DNA of 63,283 nt, filler included, from Atractiella rhizophila (GCA_021432655.1; 12 parts of 12 records of this genome joined end to end with filler, not necessarily neighbours in it); one strand, 5' to 3'. Positions 24,160 to 40,234 are shown, counted from the first letter of the whole stretch. Made by a program: numbers and translations. The notes: generated from the sequence alone by a model not told the origin.

Positions 24160-26312
24160 ATGAATTCTCCCGCCTCTCCTCCTTGCTCCCTCCCCAAATG
24201 TGCACTTGACGACGAGTCCAATGGGCCATCCAACTCTGTTACCACAACAAATGTTGGATCGGGAACACAAGCACATGACGGCGACAGTCCGAAGTCTGCG
24301 GCTGACGGAGCAAAGGAGAACGGCGAGAAGAAGGAAGGAAGAGACGACGCGAGATGGTCCATTGAACGTCTGTTTCAAAATATGATGGAGGTGAGAGAGG
24401 AGAGGGAGATGATCCTCTCTTCCGGTCAGGATGGTGAAGGAGGTAGTGGTAGAGGGGAAGGGAAGGTCCCAGAGTGGTTGAAGTAGGTCTCTCTTCCCTC
24501 TCATAGATCTTTCTCTCTTTAAGTTCCATTCATCCCCATAGAAGAGCACTTCATTATTCGCCTTGAGTTAATTTCCTGCGCAGAACTGACCTGTCTCGGA
24601 ATCAGGGGAACGCTCTATCGTACGGGACCTGCGACCTATAGCATTGATTTGGAAGGCAAGAAAGCAGGAAAGACGTTCGAGATCTCACACTGGTTTGACG
24701 GATTAGGTGCGTTACCCCACGTTCTCATAAACCTTCAAGACTCAATGACGAGCCTTGGGGTGTATAGGCCAGCTTCAAAAGTTCACAATTCGTGATGGCA
24801 AAGTCTTCTATCGCTCGAGAAACACCTGTCCAGATCTTGTCGAGCGAATCAAGAAGAGCGGACAGTACTATGGGATCTCTTTCGGCCAGGATCCTTGCAA
24901 GTCCGTCTTCAGGGGATTCTTCAGTCACTTCTTGGAAGGAGCCCCGAAGAAAGAGGAGATCACAGACGCTAATATTTCGGTGACCTTGCTCGCTAATCCT
25001 CCTCTCTCGTTCCCATCGTCCTCTAAGACTGGAACCAACGGTAAAGTGGAGAAGGACTCACCTTTCGACTCCCTCGTGCTCACCACAGACGCCAACCTCC
25101 TCCTCTCCGTCGATCCAACCACCCTCGAACCAAAAGCAAAGAGCCGTTACCCTTCGCCCGCTCCTCCGAATGGAAAATTGGCCGCTGCACATGCCGCTGT
25201 GGATCCGAGGACGGGAGAGGTGTTCAATTTTGCGATCGAGATGGGAAGGACGACGGAGTGGACCGTATTTGGGTTCGGTGGGGAGAAGGATGAGAAGGGA
25301 AGAGTTCTTGCTAAGATTAAAGATGCGCGTGCTCCGGCGGCGTATTTACATTCGCTTTTGTGCACCGACGAGTATGTTCTTTCTCGCTCCTTTTCGAATA
25401 AGACCGGCAATGACTCTTATGATTCTGTAGCTACGTCGTCCTCACAGTGTGGCAATGCGATTTCTCCCTCAATGGCGCGTCTATATTGCTTAACGTATGC
25501 ATCTCCCTCTTCATCCTGCCGACAACAGCTGACATATTGATGTGATCAAGCGAAATGTAGCGTCTTCGTTCAAGGCTTGGGATCCGAGTCGCAAAACGAC
25601 AATCTTTCTTATCCCCCGCTCTGGCTCTGGAAACGTGTTGAAGTACAGCGCACCGCCGTTCTTCTGCTTCCACTGTATCAACGCATTCCAAGTCGGGAAC
25701 GAGGTCATCATCGACTATTCGGCCTACAAGAATCATGACATCGTTCAGCAACTTTATATTTCGAACATGCGCAAACTCAAGGACACCAATGTCGGTGGGG
25801 TGTTTAAGAGGTTAAAGGTTGTCGTGCAGGAAGGGAAGGTGGAAGGCGTCGCTGAGCAGCTGTTTGAGTTGGGAGACGGGGAAACCATCGAATTGCCGAA
25901 CCTTCATCCGGCTCATGGAGGGAAGGAGTATCGATATGCTTACGGCACCCGCAACTCTTGTCGAGGCAGAGAGAGGAGGACACTTTTCGATTCGCTGATC
26001 AAAATCTCCCTTCCTACCTCCTCACCAGGTGCAAAGGAAGAAATTAAAGTCAAACGCTGGTACCGACCGTTCTGTACACCTTCGGAACCCATCTTCATTC
26101 CCAGACCAGGTGCAGAGCGAGAGGACGACGGAATAGTTCTCAGCGCCGTTTTCGATGCAGGAGAGGGGAGAGGGAAGGAGAAGAGCTTCCTGTTAGGCTT
26201 AGATGCTTTTAGTTTCGAAGAGGTTTTCAGGGCTGAGTTGCCGAAGGAAGAGAAGGGACATGATGGTGTATTCGGGTTGGGATTTCACGGTACCTTTGGA
26301 TTTAAAAGATGA
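24160..26312 (+). CDS. Carotenoid cleavage oxygenase (RPE65/CCO family)
   Basis: GKVPEWLK|GTLYRTGP and SHWFDG. Candidate Fe-ligand histidines in AAHAAVD, AYLHS, CFHCINA and GFHG. Also SEPIFIPRPGAEREDDGIVLS. Confidence 0.93.
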
Positions 26313-27382
26313 ATAATGCTTCTCTGCAAGTAATAGTAGCCCAATGTAACATCTGGCTTCAACCTTCGAAGCTTCGAACTTCAAAGCTTCGAGTTCGACA
26401 AAGCTTGGGACGCTAACATGCAGAATCGATGCAGTCATCGCTTGAACGCGCGTACGCTTGAATCATTGCTATCGCCAGCCAAAGAATTGAAGATCATTAG
26501 TTGAGGGGAAGGAAATAGAAACGGTGTTCCACCTCAAGTGTTTGTCCAGATAGTTGTACCTAACTTCAATTCAGTTGCAATGGAGCCGAACCTTAAAGGC
26601 AACAAGGGAATGTGTCTTGACTCTTGCACCACACCACCTAGTCAACATTGGTGCTTTGTTCTCGGGTCTTCCAAATCCGTTTGAGGATGATTGTCTTGTG
26701 TCATGCTTATTCCTTGACTTTCAATCCGGGACACTTAAGCCAGGAGGAGCGATATCGCCAACGACAGATGGGCCGTCCATTCTTCGAACCTCAGGCTCCT
26801 CAGGCAACCTGTTCGCGTCATGTCCGAAAAGGGTCGGAACGGGAGTGGGCATTCTCACAAATATACAAGTTCTTCACCGTCTTCTTTAACTACCGCTCCC
26901 TCTAATCAATTTTCATATTATTCCCCTTGGTTCGCTAGCTCATTTTGCACTGAGGCGCTGCTTTTTGACTTTACCGCTCTTTGCTAGAATTATGATGCAG
27001 CTAGCGAGGCTGGGAACTGCTCTTTATCTCTTCAGATTTCAAGCTTGGAAGTTTCGTCTAGTTCGTCATGCTGCAGCCTGTGACAGGCTGATACACTGGG
27101 CAAGATGGGATGGATTCGACCTCCTCAGTCTAAAATGTGGAGGTCCAATCAGATCAGTGTGTGTTGTTTCGGTGAAATGAAACCACGGTCAAGCAAAATA
27201 AATGGCAACCCAACGCGGAGCGAGAGTATTGATTAGCGTGGGCTAGGATATTGTGTGCGTATCCTCCACCGATATCCATACAGTATAAAGCCAGTTCGTC
27301 GTCGCTCCTTTCGCTCTGACCATCAAGACCCATCACCACTCTCCTTTGCACTTGTTCACATCCTATAGTAGTGACTATAAAT

Positions 27383-27558
27383 ATGTTTATCCCACTCGCT
27401 CTTTCCCTCTTTGGCTTTAGTTTCTCCCTCCCTCTGTCCGCAAACTCCGCACGAGCCGGATGCGCTAACTTGAGCGTGAATCAGTTACTTGCCATAGCGC
27501 CGTCCACGGCGGTATGTAACTCCTCGGCGACATTTGCTGCAGAGTGCAGGACAGCAGA
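27383..27558 (+). CDS. 5' end of a secreted Cys-containing protein (truncated)
   Basis: TATAAA at ~27284, then a hydrophobic signal peptide MFIPLALSLFGFSFSLPLSA followed by QLLAIAPSTAVC...ECRTA. Confidence 0.6.
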
Positions 27559-27658
27559 NNNNNNNNNNNNNNNNNNNNNNNNNNNNNNNNNNNNNNNNNN
27601 NNTTAATTAATTAANNNNNNNNNNNNNNNNNNNNNNNNNNNNNNNNNNNNNNNNNNNN

Positions 27659-28784
27659 CGCGCGAGACACAAGACCTACGTCTCCAAGGTTATCCAGCAT
27701 CCTGGAAAGGTGGTGGAAGTTCAAATCAAGAAGGAGAAAACCACGGTCCGTCTCGAGCTCCCACTCTAATCTCATGGCTGCGCAAGGCGGAACGATCGCT
27801 GATGCTTGTATTGGATGGGCTAGACAAGAGCTGGACAATACATCTTCCTCAACTGTCCCGAAATCTCCTACTTCCAATGGCACCCCTTTACTCTCACGTC
27901 TGCTCCCGAAGAGGACTATATCTCCGTTCACATCTCTTGCAAAGGTGACTTCACCACCGCCTTCGCGAAAGCCTTGGGATGCGACTGGGACAGGAAGGGG
28001 GACAAGGACAAGGGACCTACGGCGGTCACGCCACCGATCAACAAGGTCCTCCCCCGTGTGATGGTGGATGGTCCTTTCGGCTCTGCTTCCGAGGACGTGT
28101 TCAAGTTTGAGGTCTCGGTTCTGGTGGGAGCCGGTATCGGTGTCACGCCCTTCGCGAGCATCTTGAAGTCCATTTGGTATAGGGCTAACTACCCGCAGGG
28201 GAAGCCGACGAGGCTGAGGAAGGTTTAGTGGGTCCTTTCTCCTCTACCTATGTTGAACATTGTTTGATTGTGGAGTAGCTTTTTCTGGATCTGTGGTGAT
28301 TACTCTGCTTTTGAATGGATCCAATCTTTGCTCCTTGCCATCGAGGCACAAGATCTTGAGAACGTTCGTCTTCACCACGGTTGATTCATGGTTTGGAAGC
28401 TAACAGGCCTGCGGTAGTACATTGAGATCCACACCTATCTGACAAAGGTTAAGCCTGACGATATTACCAACATCGTTGTGCAAGACGTTGGAGGAGAAAG
28501 GGATGCAATCACTGGTCTCCGTGCTCCAACACACTACGGCAGGCCAAACTGGGACCGTATCTTCCAATCGATCAGGGACAAGCACCCGGCCACTGACGCA
28601 GGAGTCTTCTTCTGCGGTCCGAGAGCGTTGGGAAGCACGCTCCATCAGATGTGCAATAAGTGGACGAATACGGGAGATGATGCGACGAGGTTTTTCTGGG
28701 GCAAGGAGGTGCGTCGTCACTTCACTCACCTCTTCATTCTAGCGAGGAACAACTGCTGATACGTTTTGGTGATAGAATTTCTGA
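27659..28784 (+). CDS. noxB: NADPH oxidase catalytic subunit NoxB-type, C-terminal half (5'-truncated)
   Basis: [84 protein letters not shown]. These segments resemble NoxB rather than NoxA. Confidence 0.9.
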
Positions 28785-29524
28785 GCGGGCTCTTGGAATG
28801 AATCGGAGGAGGGACTGAAAGGTGCTGATTGCCTTTCGTTTATTAGTTTTAGACTGCCAATTATGAAGGCTTTTCGAGCTGCTGTCCAATATGGGTGTCG
28901 TGTAGTTGGAAGCAAGATTCACCTGATTATCTTTCTTTCCGCCAGTAACACTGTTGTGTTCATGCGTTTCTCACTTACTCAACTTTGAGAGCATTGCCTG
29001 CTAGAAGCATGAAAGCTTCACTTCAAACGTTCTCTCGCACTAGGCCATCACATCAAGAGGCTTGATGTTCAATGCGTTGTGAAATTCGCTTGTGTGTTAG
29101 GTCGCTCCGAAATTTCGATACTAACTTGAACTCCGAAGGAGCGATGTACCTCGCTTTTTGCCTTCCGTTCGTTTTGTGAGGGAACAGAAGTCTCCAAGGT
29201 GTCCCTCGGATGCTAACCCTGAGCGAAGTCGTGACGTACGTCACAAGCCTCAGGCAAGAGTCTAGTCGGGGTGGGTTAGATGCGTCTTCCAAAGTGGTCA
29301 AACGGGAATGGTCTTTGTTTTCCACTTACACAGCCCAAGCGCTTCCGTGCGGCTTCCCTTCCCTCTGGTGCATACTTATGTACGTTAGATTCCCACTCTG
29401 CCCGCCAGCTGGACCCGCGGCGGCCAAGTATAAAAAACCGTCCAAGCTTTTCCCTCGAATCTCATCGTATTAACGACCACTTCCCAGCGTCGCTTTTGCT
29501 TCAAAACAAGCCCTCGACTCACCT

Positions 29525-30262
29525 ATGGAGAACACAACTTACCCTCCTCAAGACCCCATGTCCATGAACAAGGCTGCCGAAGCCGGTGTCCCTCCTCCTG
29601 ATTATCCCCATCAGGGAACACAAGACAAGGATTGGGACCAAGGACTTTGTGGATGTGGCTTGAAGGAGTTCTGTGTGGCATGTTGGTGTCCGTGCATTCG
29701 TAAGTTGCCCATTCCGCCACTAGGACTCTGAGTTGATGTCTTCGTTCGAACAGAATATGCGAGTTCTTTTCGTTTAACTGGGATGGGTCAGCTCGCTCAT
29801 AACATTATAGGGAAGGAATCAATCGCGTTTCAAAGCACTGAGGGACACTGGCGTACCTCATCCTCAAGGAGGCGAAGGCTGCGGGCAAGACGGTGTGCTC
29901 CATTGTGCCTTGACTTGTGTTGTTGGAGCTGGCTGGATTCTTCAGGTTCGTACTAGTCACCTTGGCATACTCTTCGGCGGAGATCGCGTTAACGGTTTAT
30001 GCTTGCAGTTCATTGCCAGAGGAGACTACAGAACCCGCTATGGGATCAAGGGTAGCACTATCGCAGACTGTCTTACAGCATGTTGCTGCTCGCCTTGCGA
30101 GTTGTCGCAAGAGTCTCATCAAATCCGACTCGAGGAACAGGCACGCGCCAATGTCGTTCACGATGCTGTACGCTGCCACATTCTCCCTTTGACTTTGATC
30201 GAGCACTTACATTTTTCCGATTGCAACAGCCTCCCGCGCCGCAAGCACCAATGTCCTACTAA
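29525..30262 (+). CDS. PLAC8-family Cys-rich protein
   Basis: DWDQGLCGC...FCVACWCPC and RGDYRTRYGIKGSTIADCLTACCCSPCELSQE. TATAAAA at ~29428. Confidence 0.88.
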
Positions 30263-30782
30263 TTCCTGCCCAGCTCTTTGCCATCGTGACTCGGCATGTT
30301 GTTTTGCATCTTAGCTATACAGTTAATCAGTTTCGATGTGAATGTGATTCTTTCCCAATCTGAACAGACTCCAACTGCACAGAGCTGCGGTAAATATTGT
30401 GAAATTTGTACGGGAATGAAGCCTGGACATCAGTTCTACGTTGCCCTCATTACTCAACGTAATCCAGCCAGAGAACTGGACAGTCCTGGTTACAATAACT
30501 ACCTGGGCAGATCAATAGTCTTGCCTTGGGCAGATAGTTCGCGGCGCGATAACAACATTCAAGCTTCACTTAGACTTTCCCACAATCATGAAAGAAACGC
30601 TCCGGTTTCCAGCGGCCCTTTTCTCCATTTTCAATTTGATAGAGATGATGCGTCTGTGATTCTGTGCCGTTCTTGTCTATAACTTTCAAACACAACCAAA
30701 ACAATTGGTTTCGATCACTGTTACTTCTGAAAATTAGCATAAAATCTGCACCAAATCTGCACCGGCACATATCCTATCAGCC

Positions 30783-33046
30783 TCAGTCGTCTCTTTTATT
30801 TTTTGCTCGCCATCTCTCGCCATAGTAGTATAGCCCAATCGGAAAAGGAATTCCTAATACGATAGCAAGGCCTTGTTGGTCCTTATCAACTATGGTCCTC
30901 TACCATGAAGTAATGAACTTGCCAGCGAGTAAAGAGTTTCCACCGCCAATACCGAGCTCATCGAACATTTGTGATGAGAAAAGGGGAAAGGCAAAACCTA
31001 ACAGAGACCTCAAGAGTGATGCAGCGGCGGTAGCGGAAGCTGCAAATTTAAAGGTGTCGACGAGGTAGAGCTGGATTGGAAGACTGAAGTAATTGTCAGT
31101 CCATTTCGCAATAGGAAGAAAATGGTTTTGCTACAAAGTCGACATCATTCCAAACGCGAACACAGCAGTGCCTAGCCAGGTCGGTTCATTATGTATCTTA
31201 ACGAAGAAGATCAAGGAGTACTGACCTAGGATCGGCAAGATCCAGTGAGCCTTTTGATCGGCTGACCAACCGTACCAGCTAGGGTCTATTAGCAAGTGCC
31301 ATGGAGGAGACAGCTTAACGCACAATATTCCGATTGCTAAAGGTTGTGAGTTACCAAACCTCAGAAACTGGATCACCACACTCACGGACGAAAAGGGAGC
31401 CAAAGGTCAGAGCTGGTAACCGAAACTCCGGTTTCCCTTTCCCATCAGGCGTACGGCTTGCGAGCTATCCAGCACCTCTCAGCATTATGATCATCGCCTG
31501 AGGATGAAGAAATAACTCGCCTTATTATAAATCTGGTCCGCTGTTTTTGAACCAAATATCGCAGCCGAAAAGAACCCAACTCCTAGTCCCAAATATGTGA
31601 GACCTCCCACTCCAGCTTTGAAACCATATGTTTCCGCGAAAAAGCCTGTTACCATCAACTTAAGTTTTGTCTTCGGATCGGCTGGGCATCACTCACTTGC
31701 GAACGTTGTAAACATGAGATAATAGACCCCAAACATGAATGCCTGTTATCGGATTAGTGTTGAACAGGTGAAAGAAGACAGAACGCACCATGTACAAACT
31801 CAGAAGAAAGCAGACGACACTGGTGCAAAGAATAATAACAGGTCGTGAGAGGTTGATCCAGAGTGTCCACAACGGTCTCTCTTTCTGGTGCGCAAATTCT
31901 GGATACGTGGCATGAAGCTTCGCTACTGCCTCTGGACCTTCCTGTCGAGCTCTGCGAAGCCGGATGATAGGCGCATAGGTCTCTCGTAAGGTCGGAATTC
32001 CGAAAGCGGATGCCACAGCGGCAAGAGCTAAGTTTTGTAAGGAGGATCGAGAAAGGTAGGCTGGGGGGACTAACAGGAAACAATTATGAAAACGTACTTG
32101 ACACCAATCTCTTGTGTTACAAACCCGCCAACAATCTATGCCAGAACACGAGTAAGGCGACAGCTGCATTTCAACTTGCAGAAGAACAAACCGGTCCAAT
32201 GACAGGGCCAAGCAAAGGACCCAACCTAATCAGCTTTCTTGAGTTTCCTAATGTTGATTGAAGCAGCGTACGTGAATATTGCCATCGCAGAAGCGCGATT
32301 GCGTTCCGAGAAGAGATCACCAATACTTCCTCCCCCAATGGCAACGGGTGCTGATCCGGCAAGACCAGCTATTGAGATACTGAGCAAATGTTATCATTAT
32401 AAGCATAACTACGAACCCAAGAAACGAAGGCCGATCAGTGAGGAGGTAGTAGGTGCCCACGCACAACCTAGATTGAACCATAGAAAAGCGAGGTTGCTGA
32501 TGTGGAGGACCCAAGTTCTACCGTACATTTCTAAAGGAGGAGATATCTGAGCAAATCATGCTGAGAGCAGGAACAGAAGGCACCCGATAGCGGACCAAGC
32601 ACAAGGGGCTAAGCATCTGTGAGGAAGGAAATAAATGGAGGAGTCGACACCGACCCCAATTCCAAATGAGAGAAGGAACACGCAGAGAGTGAGCGCGATG
32701 GTTGTTTTGCTCGAAATGGCATATTTGACTGCAATTTCTGGCAAGCCTGGAAATACCAGTCAGCACTTCAAGATGCTATCCGGCAACATATACCTGGAGC
32801 CATCGTACTACTTGCCAGTGGACTGACCAAGCAGTACAGAGATACCTACAATTGCGTGAGCCTTTGCGCAGCAAAGTGAAGAGCGGGAAGGACTGACGAC
32901 TGAAACAGCTGTCCATTTCTTTTTTGCTGACCAGTTTCTAGCATTTGCGGGGTCACTCTCCCAATCGTCCTGCCCATACTCCCTTCCTTCGATATCTTTA
33001 CCAGCCGACAAGTTGGACTCCCCATGTTGTTCCGGCGTTTGAAGGC
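30783..33046 (-). CDS. MFS drug:H+ antiporter (DHA1-like), 5'-truncated, many introns
   Basis: DWESDPANARNWSAKKKW, LRETYAPII, GKPEFRLP, AASATAAASLLRSLLGFAFPLF. Stop at 30783-30785. Confidence 0.9.
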
Positions 33047-33146
33047 NNNNNNNNNNNNNNNNNNNNNNNNNNNNNNNNNNNNNNNNNNNNTTAATTAATT
33101 AANNNNNNNNNNNNNNNNNNNNNNNNNNNNNNNNNNNNNNNNNNNN

Positions 33147-33616
33147 ATAGAGAAATGGAGAACCTGGCATGTGCGCAATCGAACCTATCTGCTACTCAGA
33201 GAAAAACTCGAGATTTTGTGCTGGAGGAATCTCACGCGCAATATGTTCGTCTGCTTCTGACCTTGTTCGAATAAAACAAAGCCCTGACTGTCTGGTCAGT
33301 GTTACCACATTGGATCCAGGGCATACTGTGAATCGCCTCGAGCTGAAATACCTCGTCGATCCGGCAAATGCATTCATCGACGAGGAAGAAGCTCTCGAAA
33401 TCGACGATGTAGAATGTATGGTCGCAGTCTTGATAGAGCAGGTGGGTATTCATTCCAACTAACGAGATCTAAACCGAATGTATACTGTACTTTTTCATGC
33501 AGGGCTACATCAAAGCCTACATCCACCATAACAACCGTCTCCTCGTTCTACAGAAAGGTCCACAATTCGGATTCCCCTCCCTCTCAACCGTCCGCTCCGT
33601 CACCGTCAGCGAGTGA
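33147..33616 (+). CDS. PCI-domain protein CSN12/PCID2-like, 3' end
   Basis: YLLLREKLEILCWRNL ... DDVECMVAVLIEQ|GYIKAYIHHNNRLLVLQK...FP matches the PCID2/Csn12 winged-helix C-terminus. TGA at 33614-33616. Confidence 0.8.
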
Positions 33617-33618
33617 AC

Positions 33619-34818
<1,200 letters not shown>

Positions 34819-34917
34819 TTATGGCACGAGAAAGAAACACATCAATCAATGCAAGGACGCAGTACAAACAAGAATGAGGTATATCTTCCAACTTAGAGGT
34901 CAGAAATTACACAAGAA

Positions 34918-37900
34918 TCATGCTATGATACAATCTTGAGAGAGCTGCAGACCGAACAACTCCTTCTCTACCTGTTTGTCAACTGTCTTATGTTAGCAAA
35001 CAAGTAGTGTGACTGAGGAAATGCTCACTCTTTTTCCAATCCGTTCGCCGCTACAAGGTCATAGAGAAAATTGTGAGTTCCTGCAACATGGAGGCAAGGG
35101 AACTGACCTGGATGAACTCGTACAAATCTTCCGCCCTCACAGTACCATCATATCGATGAACATCGCGCACCAATTGACCGAGATCCTTTGGTGAGTCTAT
35201 GATGAAAAGCTGTCCAATCATCTTTAAAGCGGTGAAGTAAGCGGTCAACTCCTGTTGTTTAAGGGTGACGATGAAGGCGTGGTAGGCGTTGAGATCTGAA
35301 ATGACTTGGAAACCACCGTGAATCGAGATGATAGAGCGTTTGAGGTGTTTACAGAGAATACTGCTTCCTGGTTAATCTGGTGCATAACAGCAACTGAAGA
35401 CTTACGTGTGTAATCGAATGCCGACTTCTTGGTAGAAAACTTCCAGGATGTGTTTGTCGGTGCTTCCTTTCAACATGTTACAGTGAAAGCGTAGGCATTC
35501 AATCGCTTCCCGACATGCCAGCGTTGGACGGAGCTCGAGATCTTCCACCTCAGGACAGAAATCCCTCGGATCCTGCTTCGAAGTGATGATGTATTCGACA
35601 TTGTTCATGAGGATGCTGACGCCGGAGTGCAAGCCTTGAGCAACTGAGTCATCCAGAGTCTGTTCGAACTTCTTCTTTTCTCGAACGACTGCGTTCAAGA
35701 AATCTGTACGGTTGATGCGGTTTGCCTGCAATGAAATCAGTTTGTTATGGCAGCATCATATTGGAGCCACTCGCCATCTCCTTGTCGAAATAGGCTTGTA
35801 CCATCTGTTGAATCGTGTCCCCAATGTGCACTAACTCGAAAAACTGAACTAAAGGAGCAACATTTTGGCCGTCAGGGGCCACCTCTGGCTTAAAACTAGA
35901 CATTTGCTGGCTCGCCCTGTTCTTCTCATTTAGTAAGGTTATTATCATCAAGGAAGATGCTCACCTCTGAAAAGCTTTCTTGATGTGCCTCTCGTTCAAG
36001 GTCTGCAGTAGAATAATGAAGATCTCCTCCAGCGTATCCCTGACTTTTGCTCCATATGTTCCTGGATACCTCAAGAAAGTTTGAACACGCTTGAGCGATT
36101 CTCGATCGGCCTGTATGAGAGCGAGAGAGGTGTCAAGCGAAAGAAGGAACTGCATCCTCTCAAAGCCCGGATGCACCTTGTTTTCTTTCACGGACGCTGG
36201 ATTCGAACTCGTTGAGATTACAGACTCTGGTCTTGACGGTGCGTCCACATCAGTCGGCATGGTAGAGACGGTAGGGGCGATGGATGAGGCGTCAGTCTCC
36301 GTCCTCAACGTAGAAGTGTCAAGGGAAGCTCGCGGCGTAGTTTGTTGCCACTCCTCCATTGCCGTGGTTCCACCTCCATTCGTGGCCTTAGGGTCTTGTT
36401 CGAGCTTGGCGGGTTTATTGAGTTCCCTCTGAGAAGCAGGCGTGAAGGCTGAACCGAGCGTGTTTCCGAGTTGAGTGACAGTGTTCAAAGCACCGGTGGA
36501 AGTGACCTTGATCACGTTGTAAGTGAGCGAGGCGGTCTTGGGTACAATAGTGATTGGAGCGAGCAGCACTTTCCCGAAACCTTGCAGGACATTTTTCTTC
36601 ACCATCGCCGGGTTCTGGGAGGTGAGGAAAGTGGCGTCCACGGCGGCAGTTTCGTTCGCGACCTTGGTATCCCATTCTGTGCAGATGCCTTCCAGGACCT
36701 CTTTGATCCAGTCCCCCTCTTCTTGTAGGTAGTCGTCCATATGTTGCTCGAACATCCTGAACACAACGTCCTCCGCTCGTTCCCGCGTCACAAACTTCTC
36801 GTTCTTCGGCTCGATCGTGCATACAGTCTCTACTAGACGGTAACATTGAGCAAATGTCGCAGCTGTTGCGAGTAGGAAGAGTGGATGCCGTAGGTTCTGC
36901 GCTGCTGACAACAGGGTTGTCGTGTACTCCGAAAGCTGCGCGCATTGTCAGACGTGGGGACAAGTCAAGGAGAAGTGAGGCAGAGGCATACCACTTCCGA
37001 AGCTATACGGTCAGCAAAGTAGATAAGAACATCGGCCTCTGGTGGAAAAACTCTAGCGATTAGTGACCCATCCTTCTTGACGGTTTCCAAGAGCCATTTC
37101 ATGTATTCGTCCATCGCAGTGAAGTCGATCCCATCCCCCATTTCGCCATTAGGGGAAGGGACTTTCCTGTTTCTTCTCTCAGAACTTTATGTCTCACGAG
37201 CAGTGGCGATGGACAAACACGATGTTTTTTAGTGGATTATGAGCCGTATTGTCATAAAAAACCGGTCTCTTCTCACAAAAGCTCTGAATGACGTTTCCAC
37301 CTCCGTTCAACTCCCAGAGCACTCGACTGGTCTCCTTCATCCCCTTCTCTCCCTCCTCCCCTCCTTTCTCTTCCCACCTGTCAAACTCGGCCAATATGGT
37401 GCTCTCGAAAAAGTCCGTTGCGGACATGAGATTCCTGTAGACAACATGCCGCGAGTGGCTGCTCCGTGTCGGTGAGAGACTTTGGTTGAGAGAGAAGGGG
37501 ATGAGACTGGCGAGGATGTGTGAGCGCAGGACGGGAGTGAGGGATGGTGATCTCGACGTGAAGAGGAGAGAGTTAGTGGTGTATATTTGGAAGGAAAGGT
37601 AGAAGGGAAGGAGGTAGGCGTGCAATGCCATAAAGAGCTCGCGGTAGGTTGTATCAATTGATCCTAATTTGGAAAGTTTGGATTTTGGAGAGGTGGGAGA
37701 GAATACGCCGTTGGGTACGAAGGGAGAGTTTGAACGGGGCGTCGTTGGTTTCACCGCGAGTGGTGGGAGTGCGGCTTTGACTGGCTCTTCAAATGAGAAC
37801 AGGTCAGGAGTTTTGGGCTTTGAAGAAGGTAGAGAGGGTGCGCTGAGATTGGGGGAGAAAGAAGGAGACGAGGCGGTCGCGTCAAAGTTCAGGGAATTCA

Positions 37901-38519
37901 TATCGAATGGATCGGCGTATTGTCGTGATGGGGTGATGGATGGTGTGATGTCCGGTGTGCGAGTTATCCCGTTAATTTGCGGAACTTGGAGTGACGTTGA
38001 ATTGGGAGCCACTAGAGGAGCAGATACGAAGTCGTCGAAGTCGCTGCTGCCATTTGTTGAGATTGGAGTTGCGCTGGTCGATGCCGAACCACTGGAGAAA
38101 GCGCCAAACTCGTCGTCGTCGTCGTCGCCGATGGTGAAAGCTGAAGAGCGAGCGATATCGTTGAAGGATCTTCCCGGAGTAGGAGCGACCGTTGTTGGAG
38201 GTAACTGATGCGAACCGCTCGCATCAATGGCGTTTGTTCCATTCCCATTCTCCTTCTTGCTCCCGATCCCGAGCACTTCATAGGGACCTTTCCATTCCAT
38301 CCACCTCCACTTACGCTTCCACACCCTTTCATCTTTACTAAGTCTTCCTAGCCTGCGGTTACCTCGGGCGAGATTGACAATATCCGGGAGAGGGAGGTGG
38401 GAGAAGATGAGGATGAATGCTTCTTCTGGCAGCCTTCCAATGTGCGACAGCGACCGCGAAGTGTACTTCTGCTGCTTGGCTATTGTTGCAGCCACCGCTG
38501 ATTGCTTCCCCTGCGGCGG
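34918..38519 (-). CDS. RCY1: Recyclin-1: F-box + Sec10-like protein (start at or beyond scaffold end)
   Basis: N-terminal F-box (IGRLPEEAFILIFSHLPLPDIVNLAR), a Sec10-like region (ELVHIGDTIQQMV, KKKFEQTLDDSVAQGL), and a C-terminal CAAX box CIIA*. Confidence 0.9.
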
Positions 38520-38619
38520 NNNNNNNNNNNNNNNNNNNNNNNNNNNNNNNNNNNNNNNNNNNNTTAATTAATTAANNNNNNNNNNNNNNNNNNNNNNNNN
38601 NNNNNNNNNNNNNNNNNNN

Positions 38620-39487
38620 ACCTCCTCTTCCCGCTTCATCTCGGCCTCCCTTTCTCGCTCTTCTTCCAAAAAGTTCTCGGCTATGATTCGAGAATTTTCG
38701 TGCTGAAATTTCTGAATCTTTTTCTCCGTCTCCTTCACCGAAATGTTATGAATAAGATTAAATGCTGCAACATTGTGACACCGTCAGAATAGGAACACAG
38801 GAAGCAACTTCGAAGAGGAGGATGGCGTACTTATTTCCTCCACCAGCTCCAGGTAATCGTTGTACTCTTTAAGTGTAGAAAAATCTTGTTGCCTCTTGTT
38901 GAAAGTCTTCGCAATACGTTTACGTGTGTCCACCTCCCTCTCGACCTTCAAATCCTCAAAGGTCTGAGGTGTGAAGTTAGTCTTTCGGAGAATGAGGTTG
39001 CATCCGTTCGTAGGGCAAGATTCCGGGCCTAGAGTATAGAGGCGAGAGATACATGATTCACACCTTAATTTCAGGCAACGTCAGGTTAACTTTCGGAGGA
39101 GTGAGAGAAGAGCGGACATTTTGTGAAAGCATTTGTTGGAAACGAGCAACCGAAGCTTAGGATTTAGAAACCTATTGGTATGACAAATGGGACACGAATC
39201 ATCTACGCTCTATTGCAGGACCAGCAGTACGTCAGTACCTGTCTAGAAGCACAGCAGAAAGCAAAGAAACGGACCATATACTCTTTTGTCCGCCCAGACG
39301 GATCATTTGGCAAATTCCTCAACTCGCCCTCCTTCAACGGCTTGACCTCCTCCTGCTTCTGCTTTTCCCTCTTCTGTTTCTCAGCAGCAGCGCGTGCTGC
39401 TGCTACTTTTCTAGCTTGTAAGGTAGATTGCGAACTTGAGACGTTGAAGCTGTTCGCGCCACGAATGATGTAGTTTTTGCTCGCCAT
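38620..39487 (-). CDS. TFB3: CAK assembly factor MAT1 / TFIIH subunit (3'-truncated)
   Basis: RING CPICHTNRFLNPKLRLLVSNKCFHKM|CESCISRL...CPTNGC, then QTFEDLKVEREVDTRKRI...YNDYLELVEE. Confidence 0.92.
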
Positions 39488-39678
39488 GCTTTGTAGATTC
39501 TTCCAAAATGGCAGCCGAAGGATTTAAGGCCAAGGTGTCCTTGTGCAAAGTGATGTGGCGAAATGGTCGCTTTGTTGGAGTTGACTCATCGTCACGTTCG
39601 ATCAATTAAGGGCAACGAACGTCCAACATCCCCCTCCGCCACCAAATAGGCTAGTTTAAGAAGAATCAGGAGTGAAGT

Positions 39679-40234
<556 letters not shown>

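Noticed and set aside
37669..38208. Long + strand ORFs opposite genes (also 5838-6326, 36091-36432)
   Set aside because: These are antisense shadows of minus-strand coding sequences.
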